In this document: in pieces, positions 25,747 to 32,000 of the stretch
Layout of the letters: each line of letters begins with the position of its first letter
How positions within the stretch are numbered: the first letter of the stretch is position 1
From: Acholeplasma laidlawii PG-8A
GTDB lineage: Bacteria > Bacillota_I > Bacilli_A > Acholeplasmatales > Acholeplasmataceae
Assembly (NCBI RefSeq): GCF_000018785.1
Contig: NC_010163.1
Coordinates: 1,410,001 to 1,442,000 of the forward strand
DNA length: 32,000 bases
Reading direction: 5' to 3'
The notes under the pieces: generated by a model
What the model was told of the DNA's origin: nothing
The model's database searches: none
What the model saw: only the letters and a program-made list of their open reading frames with translations
Made by a program: the position numbers and the translations under genes

Positions 25747-26667
25747 TTAGTTGCACTTAGAAAGTGCATTTAATAACCATTCACTAAACATACTCGCATT
25801 GATATCTAGACAAACAGTTGCATTTGGTTCTTTCTTCAAATAGCCTTTTAAGTCTACTAAAGTAGTACCTGCTGTATATTCACCTTGAGTTTCTATTGAA
25901 ACATGTGTATAAACTGTTTCATACATTTCTTTTTTAAGTAAGTATGCTATTGCACAAGAATCATACATTTTTAAACCAGTTTTCAAAGAACCACCACGGT
26001 ATTTTTGGAATAATGAATAAATCATTTCACCAGTTTTATTTTGTGCTTTGATTTTAAGTGAGTCTTCATGGAAAACAAGTGCTTTCCACCCAACATCTAA
26101 ACCAGCCATCACAATCTTTACCCCTGATTCAAATACAATCTTGGCTGCTTCGGGATCAAAACCTATATTAAACTCAGAATATACCCCATAATTACCCCTA
26201 ATTGAAGAACCACCCATCAAAACAATCTCTTCTATATGAGGTTTCACTTCTGGGTAGGTTGATAACAATAAAGCAATATTTGTTAATGGTCCAATCGGTA
26301 CTAATGTTATTTTTTCACTAGATGCTAAAATAGTACGTCTCATTGCCTCAACTGCGTGTTCTTCTAGTAAGACACTTGTATCTGGTGCTTCAAAATCATA
26401 ACCATCCATACCAGACTCACCATGAACACCTGAAGCATCTTCGTTTTGTCTAAGCAGTGGTTTCTTAGCACCTTTTGCTACCGGTACACGCTTATTCCAA
26501 AAAGTTAATAACTTGAGTAAATTGTTAGTAACTTTATCTAGACTCACATTACCTGATACAGTGGTCAATAATTTTACATCTAATTCTTCTGAGAATAATG
26601 CAATTGCAATTGCAACAGCATCATCAATACCGGGATCGGTATCAATTATGATTGGTTTTTTACTCAT
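25747..26667 (-). CDS. Inosine-uridine-preferring type nucleoside hydrolase (ribonucleoside hydrolase)
   Basis: 306 aa. The N-terminal IIIDTDPGIDDAVAIAIAL is the IU-nucleoside hydrolase signature. ATGA overlap with the rbsK stop. Confidence 0.92.
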   Translation of the reverse strand: MSKKPIIIDTDPGIDDAVAIAIALFSEELDVKLLTTVSGNVSLDKVTNNLLKLLTFWNKRVPVAKGAKKPLLRQNEDASGVHGESGMDGYDFEAPDTSVLLEEHAVEAMRRTILASSEKITLVPIGPLTNIALLLSTYPEVKPHIEEIVLMGGSSIRGNYGVYSEFNIGFDPEAAKIVFESGVKIVMAGLDVGWKALVFHEDSLKIKAQNKTGEMIYSLFQKYRGGSLKTGLKMYDSCAIAYLLKKEMYETVYTHVSIETQGEYTAGTTLVDLKGYLKKEPNATVCLDINASMFSEWLLNALSKCN

Positions 26668-27584
26668 TTTGATTCCTCCATTAATTTTTCTATATCACTG
26701 TAGGTGCCCATTGCATCTTCGACACCTTCTTTTAAGCAAGCATATGCGCCAGCTGCTGATGCAATCTTTAAGCATGTTGTTATAGGTTCATGCATTGCTA
26801 ATCCATAAGCAAATGCTCCTATGTAAGCATCACCAGCACCAGTTGTATCTACTGTTTTAATCTTATAGGCTTTGGATTCATATAACTCATCTTTAGACAT
26901 GTAGACAGAACCTTTAGAGCCCATTGTAACTATTAATCTTGTGATACCTTTTTTAAATAAATATGATGCTGCTTTTTTAACATCTTGTTCGTGTGTTGGG
27001 TATACACCTGATAAAATCTCACATTCTGTTTGATTTAAAATAATGTAATCCACATAAGGATAAATATCTTCCTCTAAATATCTAGAAGGCGCAGGATTTA
27101 GAATCGTAATCATATTTAATGACTTCGCCTTCTTAAACGCACTCTTTACAATTTCATACGGAATTTCATATTGAGATACCAATATATCACCTGGATTTCC
27201 TTGAACTGCCTCTAGTACTTTATCTTGTTCTATTTTATGGTTTGCACCCTCATGTAATATAATTCGATTATCACGATTAGTTCGTGTAATAAAGGCCATT
27301 CCAGTATGGCTGTCTGCTAATGATACGTATCTAGTATCAACACCATTTTTTTCGATGGATATTAATGCTTCTTTGCCAAAAATATCTTTACCAACAGCAG
27401 CAATCAAATAAGTTTTAGCGCCAAGTTTTGCTGCTGAGACAGCCTGATTTGCTCCCTTATCCCCAATATTTTTGATAAATTCATGACCACTTTTAGTTTC
27501 CCCTTCAAGTGGTATTTTGTCAACTGAAATTGACATATCAACATTAATACTACCTAATACATATACTTTATTTTTTTGGTTCAT
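26664..27584 (-). CDS. rbsK: Ribokinase (PfkB family)
   Basis: 306 aa. VLGSINVDMSI, GDKGANQAV and DTTGAGDAYIGAFAYGL are the PfkB/ribokinase signatures. Confidence 0.9.
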   Translation of the reverse strand: MNQKNKVYVLGSINVDMSISVDKIPLEGETKSGHEFIKNIGDKGANQAVSAAKLGAKTYLIAAVGKDIFGKEALISIEKNGVDTRYVSLADSHTGMAFITRTNRDNRIILHEGANHKIEQDKVLEAVQGNPGDILVSQYEIPYEIVKSAFKKAKSLNMITILNPAPSRYLEEDIYPYVDYIILNQTECEILSGVYPTHEQDVKKAASYLFKKGITRLIVTMGSKGSVYMSKDELYESKAYKIKTVDTTGAGDAYIGAFAYGLAMHEPITTCLKIASAAGAYACLKEGVEDAMGTYSDIEKLMEESK

Positions 27585-27990
27585 AAAACATCACCATTCC
27601 ACTTCCAAAACCTTCACTAGGTCTTTCAATAAAACCATATTTAGTATAAAACTTTTCTTTTCCCGGTGTAGACATCAGACCAACATATGCACCTTTTGCT
27701 GCGTGTTGATCTAGGTACTCAAATATGCTTAACATCAATAAATGACCAATACTCTTATTCTGGTACGCAGGAATTGTTACAACATCTTTGATAAAAAATG
27801 CTATTCTATTATCTCCAACAATACGAGCAATTCCAACTGCCTTTTCTCCATCATATGCAACAACTGTGTACAAGGAGTGCTTAATTGCTTCATCAATATC
27901 CCCATCTTCATAGGATTTGAAACCCACTGTATCTCTAATTTTTTTATACAGTTCTACAGTTAACCCATTTTTTACAATATTTATATTCAT
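27568..27990 (-). CDS. GNAT-family N-acetyltransferase (first gene of the nucleoside operon)
   Basis: 140 aa. The acetyl-CoA binding motif is YQNKSIGHLLM. AAAGGAG RBS. It overlaps rbsK by 17 nt. Confidence 0.85.
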   Translation of the reverse strand: MNINIVKNGLTVELYKKIRDTVGFKSYEDGDIDEAIKHSLYTVVAYDGEKAVGIARIVGDNRIAFFIKDVVTIPAYQNKSIGHLLMLSIFEYLDQHAAKGAYVGLMSTPGKEKFYTKYGFIERPSEGFGSGMVMFYEPKK

Positions 27991-28002
27991 AATTGCTCCT
28001 TT

Positions 28003-28018
28003 GGTAAAACGTTTTACC
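28003..28018. promoter_or_regulatory. Perfect 16-bp palindrome GGTAAAACGTTTTACC, candidate LacI-family operator in the 5' UTR
   Basis: Self-complementary with a central CG, as in LacI/GalR operators. It lies between the -10 box and the RBS of the GNAT gene, next to the LacI-family regulator gene. Confidence 0.55.
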
Positions 28019-28031
28019 TAGTTACACCTAC

Positions 28032-28060
28032 ATCATATCAAAAGATGAAAACGCTGTCAA
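28032..28060 (-). promoter_or_regulatory. Consensus-like sigma-A promoter of the GNAT-rbsK-hydrolase-carrier operon
   Basis: The minus strand reads TTGACA (28060..28055), 17-nt spacer, TATGAT (28037..28032). Confidence 0.65.
28046..28059. promoter_or_regulatory. cre-like site TGAAAACGCTGTCA overlapping the -35 box
   Basis: Matches the Firmicutes CcpA cre consensus TGWAANCGNTNWCA at every specified position. Confidence 0.5.
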
Positions 28061-28070
28061 GTATTTTATT

Positions 28071-28097
28071 AAAAAAAATAAAAGGCACTACGTGCCT
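28071..28097 (-). terminator. Rho-independent terminator after the LacI-family regulator gene
   Basis: AGGCAC-gta-GTGCCT hairpin overlapping the TAG stop, followed by a TTTTATTTTTTTT tail on the minus strand. Confidence 0.7.
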
Positions 28098-29085
28098 AAT
28101 ATTTTTTAAATGTTGGTTTTAATTCTATTACTGTATCTACAGGGTGATTATTTATGATATTCAATAGAAGTTCTACTGATTTCTTGCCAAGATCGGAAAT
28201 ATTCTGTTCAATGGATGGTAATTCCAATCCAAGCATTCTTGAAAACTCCAAATTATCATATCCTACGACTTCAATATCATTAGGTACATTTTTCCCCAGT
28301 TCTCTTAGCCTTTTAATCACACCATAAGCCATTAAGTCATTTCCTGCAAAAAGAGCATCACAATTTTCTAATATCAGTTTATCTGCAATCTCATAACCAC
28401 TTTGAAATCTATAATCACCAGAAAATACAATAGATTGGTCAATGTTATATCCTGCTTGTTCTAATGCTTTAACATAACCTTCATAACGATAAAGTCCATT
28501 TACCGAGATATCCTTAGTCGATAAACACGCTATTTTTTTATAACCTTTTTCAATTAAATATTGAGTTGCCATGTACCCACCTAACTTATTATCAAAAAAT
28601 ACTTGTGGATGATTTGGATTACCTATGTTTCTATCTACCATAACAAATGGTGTGTTCAGTCTTTTTAATAATGATTCATATGAGGATTTGTGTTTAATAC
28701 TATCGTTTGCTACTGTTAATAATAACCCATCTACTCCTCTATTTACTAAGTTTTTCAGAAGAGATAAATCTTGCTTATAGTCATCATTGCTATTAACAAA
28801 AATCAGACTATACCCTTCTTGTCTGAGTTCATCTTCTACTTTTTTAGCTAATGCACTAAAGAATAAGTTTTCTATATCAGGAATTAATAACCCAATGGTT
28901 TTAGATTGCTTCATCACTAAGTTTATAGCACTAAAATTCGGTTCATAATCATGCAATTGTGCTAACTCTTTTATTTCTGATTTTTTTGATTCGGAAATTC
29001 TAGAAGGTTTATTGTTTAATACTAAAGAAACCGTCGTAGCTGATACATTGGCTAGTTTTGCAAGTTTTTTGATCGACATTTTCAT
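28096..29085 (-). CDS. LacI/GalR-family transcriptional regulator
   Basis: 329 aa. N-terminal HTH IKKLAKLANVSATTVSLVLNNK followed by a periplasmic-binding-protein-like sugar-binding core. AGGAGGG RBS. Confidence 0.9.
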   Translation of the reverse strand: MKMSIKKLAKLANVSATTVSLVLNNKPSRISESKKSEIKELAQLHDYEPNFSAINLVMKQSKTIGLLIPDIENLFFSALAKKVEDELRQEGYSLIFVNSNDDYKQDLSLLKNLVNRGVDGLLLTVANDSIKHKSSYESLLKRLNTPFVMVDRNIGNPNHPQVFFDNKLGGYMATQYLIEKGYKKIACLSTKDISVNGLYRYEGYVKALEQAGYNIDQSIVFSGDYRFQSGYEIADKLILENCDALFAGNDLMAYGVIKRLRELGKNVPNDIEVVGYDNLEFSRMLGLELPSIEQNISDLGKKSVELLLNIINNHPVDTVIELKPTFKKY

Positions 29086-29208
29086 TAAGATTCCCTCCTA
29101 TTTATATCCTACAACAAAGTAACACTTTAATCAAATTGTTTTACATATTTAATAAAATAAAGCATTTTAAGCACATCATATATAAGTTATAATCTTATTT
29201 TTATAATA

Positions 29209-29242
29209 TCAAAAAATGTCGCTTCCGTAGAAACGACATTTT
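29209..29242 (-). terminator. Rho-independent terminator after the uracil permease gene
   Basis: AAAATGTCG...CGACATTTT hairpin followed by T6 on the minus strand. Confidence 0.75.
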
Positions 29243-29272
29243 ATATTTATATCTATATGAATATTGTCTATA

Positions 29273-30697
29273 CTATGCTTTAGGTTGATCTTTTGATTTT
29301 GCTTTCTTATCTAATAAATTTAAGCCTATATTTAGTAGGATACCACCTAACGCTGCAACACCAATACCTGGTAAGACAAAGCTTGATGTTACAGGTATAG
29401 AGTCCACACCTAGACCTACAATACCAATAAATGCCATAACTGCAACAACTTTTGAATCAAAGATATCTACCTTCTTTTCAATCATTAATGCAATGCCTTG
29501 AACTGCGATTGCCCCAAATAAGTAAAGTGATACACCTTGAACCACAGGATTTGTTAGTATTAAACTCAAATTACCCAAATTTAACACCTCTAGTAATAGA
29601 CCCACTATGATTGCTAGAATACCAGTTATTAAGAACACATAACTTGAAAAGTTTTTAGTGACTGCGGATGCACTGACGTTTTCACCATAATTGGTTCCAG
29701 CAGGTCCACCACTTAATACAGCTACAATATCACCAATACCATCACCAATAAGATTTGTATCAAGCATCTCTCTAATCTTGTAATCTTTACCATCTTTTTG
29801 GTTTGATAAGTTATTCACATATAAATCTATTTGATTTACGTGCGCTGCAGATTCAGGGATGGTTGCAAATGCAATTGGGAAGATTGCAATAAGCGCTACA
29901 CCAATGAGTTCTGGTAATTGAAATGCTGCTGGAATTGTAACCCATGGCATGACATCTAACATGGATACTGTTTGAGTATTCATGATTCCGTCAAAATATA
30001 CTGATAAGTTATTAAATGACCAGCTACCACCTAAACTTGGTACCCAAACCATGTAAGAAACTACAACACCTACAAGAACACCAATTAAGATTGGGATTTG
30101 TGATACAAATCCTTTCTTTAATATAACTGTCATGATAGCAATTGTTAAGAATGTTACCATAGATACTAATACACTTAACCAATCCACACCATTTGGTCCT
30201 GTATTTAATATACCATTCATAACGTTTTCTGATAAGACAAGGCCGATGATCATAGCAATCATACCTGTGATATGACCAGGTAAAATCTTATCAATCTTGT
30301 CTTTGCCAAAATGCCTAATTAAAAGGCCCGCTCCAATTGACATTAATCCGCTCAAGACGGAAGCAATTAAAACAGACCCTAAAACTGTAGATGATGAAGC
30401 TAGATTGTCAACACCATATGTTACGACAATAGCAACAGCTCCAATATATGAAAATGATGAACCATAATATAATGGGATTTTAAAATTTGTTACCAATAGG
30501 AAGGTAATTGTAGCAATCCCGCTTGCTAATATTGCTGCTGGTATGGAATAGAGTTCTAATCCAAAACCATTCATTATGATTGCCGCTAATACGGTTGCTG
30601 GTAACATAACCAGAAACTGCTGTAGGGCAAATACAATTGATTTACCTAATGTTGGTTTATCATCAGGTAAGTATCCAACGATGTCTCTTTCTTTCAT
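29273..30697 (-). CDS. pyrP: Uracil permease (NCS2 family, UraA/PyrP-like)
   Basis: 474 aa. KIPLYYGSSFSYIGAV, IPILIGVLVGVVVSY, GTNYGENVSASAVTK and VQGVSLYLFGAIAVQGI are collinear with E. coli UraA as I recall it. Confidence 0.88.
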   Translation of the reverse strand: MKERDIVGYLPDDKPTLGKSIVFALQQFLVMLPATVLAAIIMNGFGLELYSIPAAILASGIATITFLLVTNFKIPLYYGSSFSYIGAVAIVVTYGVDNLASSSTVLGSVLIASVLSGLMSIGAGLLIRHFGKDKIDKILPGHITGMIAMIIGLVLSENVMNGILNTGPNGVDWLSVLVSMVTFLTIAIMTVILKKGFVSQIPILIGVLVGVVVSYMVWVPSLGGSWSFNNLSVYFDGIMNTQTVSMLDVMPWVTIPAAFQLPELIGVALIAIFPIAFATIPESAAHVNQIDLYVNNLSNQKDGKDYKIREMLDTNLIGDGIGDIVAVLSGGPAGTNYGENVSASAVTKNFSSYVFLITGILAIIVGLLLEVLNLGNLSLILTNPVVQGVSLYLFGAIAVQGIALMIEKKVDIFDSKVVAVMAFIGIVGLGVDSIPVTSSFVLPGIGVAALGGILLNIGLNLLDKKAKSKDQPKA

Positions 30698-30734
30698 ATG
30701 TATCTTCTCCTTTGTTTAAAATGTAATTTTTCCT

Positions 30735-30761
30735 AAAAAAAAGACACTTTATCAAGTGCCT
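30735..30761 (-). terminator. Leader (attenuator) terminator in the 5' UTR of the uracil permease
   Basis: The minus strand reads AGGCACUU-GAUA-AAGUGUCU followed by U8. It is located about 40 nt upstream of the ATG and downstream of the promoter. Confidence 0.7.
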
Positions 30762-30782
30762 AATTAGAAGGTGTGTTCTGTT

Positions 30783-30810
30783 TCGACCTTAAAGTGCTCT
30801 CTTTAGGACT
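30783..30810 (-). promoter_or_regulatory. Candidate PyrR-binding anti-antiterminator hairpin
   Basis: AGUCCUAAAGAGAGCACUUUAAGGUC resembles the PyrR box (ARUCCAGAGAGGYU ... AAGG). Its 3' half, GCACUUUA, can alternatively pair with UAAAGUGU of the terminator's 3' arm, which would form the antiterminator. Confidence 0.4.
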
Positions 30811-30823
30811 TACATTTCATCCA

Positions 30824-30852
30824 AGTATATCAAAGCTTAAAACCAAATGCAA
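30824..30852 (-). promoter_or_regulatory. Sigma-A promoter for the uracil permease leader
   Basis: The minus strand reads TTGCAT (30852..30847), 17-nt spacer, TATACT (30829..30824). Confidence 0.55.
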
Positions 30853-30898
30853 GTAATTTAATCAAAAGAAATATTTAATTTTAAAATAGAGGATATTT

Positions 30899-31909
30899 TT
30901 ATGACTCAGTTATCTCAATAACGTTACCATGTGTGCTCATTACATCATCAAAATACATTTCTAAGTTTTCCATATACTCTGCTCTATTGGTTGTACGTGC
31001 TAATTTTGCACGTACTTGACTAGCCTTTGGTAAGCCTTTTAAATACCAAGGACCATGTGAACGCATTTCTAAACATGCGGTATGTTCACCTTTGAGTTTT
31101 GCTAGATCATCAAAATGTCTAATCATTAAAGTTTTAACTTCTTCATATGTACGCACAGGTGTTTCTTCACCATTTAAATATGCATTAATTTCTCTAAATA
31201 TCCATGGGTTACCAAGAGATGCTCTACCAATCATCACGGCGTCACAACCTGTATACTCTAACATATGCTTAGCACTTTTACCATCCACAATATTCCCATT
31301 ACCAATAACTGGAATAGATACTGCTTCTTTAACCGCTTTAATAACATCTAAATCAGGTTCACCTGAATAACCTTGTGCACGCGTACGTGCGTGTACAGTA
31401 ATTAATGATGCGCCTGCTTTTTCAATCATTTTAGCAACCTCAACAGCATTAACAGATTCACTATCCCAACCACTTCTGATTTTTACAGTGACAGGTTTAG
31501 ATACTTTTTCTTTAATAGCTTTTACAATATCATATATTTTTTGAGGATCTTTCATTAAAGATGCACCTGCTTGAGCACCAATTGCTACCTTTGGTACAGG
31601 GCATCCCATATTAATATCAATAAAATCACAATTCGAATTTTTATCAATAAACATGGCTGCCTCAACCATTGTTTCTAAATCACTACCAAAGATTTGTTGA
31701 GCTGCTGGTTTTTCTTCAACCGTCATATAAAGCATTTGAAGTGTTTTAGGATTTTGAAAAAAGATAGCCTTATCAGATACCATCTCTGCAAAAACAACCC
31801 CTGCACCTAATTGACGCGCCATTAATCTAAAAGGATGGTTAGATACTCCAGCCATAGGCGCTAAGATTAATTTGTTTTCTACAACATAATTTCCCAATTT
31901 GAAACTCAT
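30899..31909 (-). CDS. dusB: tRNA-dihydrouridine synthase (DusB-like)
   Basis: LILAPMAGVSNHPFR, DINMGCPV and the TIM-barrel FMN pattern. I prefer the ATG at 31909 (GGTGA 5 nt upstream) to the GTG at 31918. Confidence 0.9.
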   Translation of the reverse strand: MSFKLGNYVVENKLILAPMAGVSNHPFRLMARQLGAGVVFAEMVSDKAIFFQNPKTLQMLYMTVEEKPAAQQIFGSDLETMVEAAMFIDKNSNCDFIDINMGCPVPKVAIGAQAGASLMKDPQKIYDIVKAIKEKVSKPVTVKIRSGWDSESVNAVEVAKMIEKAGASLITVHARTRAQGYSGEPDLDVIKAVKEAVSIPVIGNGNIVDGKSAKHMLEYTGCDAVMIGRASLGNPWIFREINAYLNGEETPVRTYEEVKTLMIRHFDDLAKLKGEHTACLEMRSHGPWYLKGLPKASQVRAKLARTTNRAEYMENLEMYFDDVMSTHGNVIEITES

Positions 31910-31971
31910 ATTTATCACCGAGTGTTATTTTAACATACAATATAGGTTATAATAGGATTTGAGGATTATTA

Positions 31972-32000
31972 TATGAAAGATTACACATTAATTGCATTAG
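31972..32000 (+). CDS. Start of an unidentified divergent gene (only 9 codons visible: MKDYTLIAL)
   Basis: ATG at 31972 with GAGGA 7 nt upstream and TATAAT at 31948..31953. The visible stretch is too short to identify. Confidence 0.3.

Noticed and set aside
26513-27963. + strand ORFs 26513..26785, 27517..27714 and 27742..27963
   Set aside because: They are antisense to the nucleoside hydrolase, ribokinase and GNAT genes, and some cross gene boundaries.
29134-29147. ATTGTTTTACA upstream of the LacI-family regulator gene, resembling one half of the 16-bp operator
   Set aside because: Only a half-site is present, with no dyad partner, so it is not enough to call an autoregulatory operator.
31092-31370. 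92-aa + strand ORF
   Set aside because: It is antisense to the conserved core of dusB.
1-32000. Search for CRISPR repeats, IS/transposase or integrase genes, toxin-antitoxin pairs, restriction-modification or other known defence modules, tRNA and rRNA genes
   Set aside because: I found none. The only long repeat is the intragenic 348-bp duplication. Every intergenic region is explained by promoters, terminators or the two RNA leaders, and no ORF shows nuclease, methylase or recombinase motifs.

Overview
AT-rich (about 30% GC by eye), very compact chromosomal segment that looks like a low-GC Firmicutes/Mollicutes-type genome (Acholeplasma- or Erysipelotrichia-like). The taxon cannot be fixed without a database search. 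TGA acts as a stop codon, for example in several ATGA stop/start overlaps, so the standard bacterial code applies. I support about 31 coding regions, 27 of them on the minus strand. They include: a compact SF1 helicase (partial, at the window edge); a 1307-aa lipoprotein with an M6/InhA-like metalloprotease domain and internal tandem repeats; pcrA; glnS; an orphan 551-aa membrane-anchored protein; tsaE-tsaB-rimI-tsaD together with pgi and an S1-domain gene; a roughly 10-gene operon headed by the diadenylate cyclase gene cdaA; a divergent hxlR-hflX pair; and dusB. The 22.5-30.9 kb stretch is a nucleobase/nucleoside salvage neighbourhood with three loci: a guanine riboswitch with a pbuG-like permease, a LacI-controlled GNAT-ribokinase-nucleoside hydrolase-DcuC-type carrier operon, and a uracil permease behind a PyrR-type attenuator. 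I see no CRISPR array, transposase, integrase, prophage gene, rRNA, tRNA or recognisable defence system, so most of the window is housekeeping. The best candidate for something undescribed is the cdaA locus. The usual cdaR/glmM partners are replaced by a 56-aa membrane peptide that is absent from the ORF track, and by a membrane tandem-PAS protein with a degenerate GGDEF domain. That protein resembles the sensory half of GdpP but has no phosphodiesterase domain. Other points worth a second look are a natural 2B-less mini UvrD-like helicase, a near-identical 348-bp tandem duplication inside the lipoprotein gene, a DcuC-family carrier with one in-frame TAA inside a nucleoside operon, and an HxlR regulator translationally overlapped with hflX.
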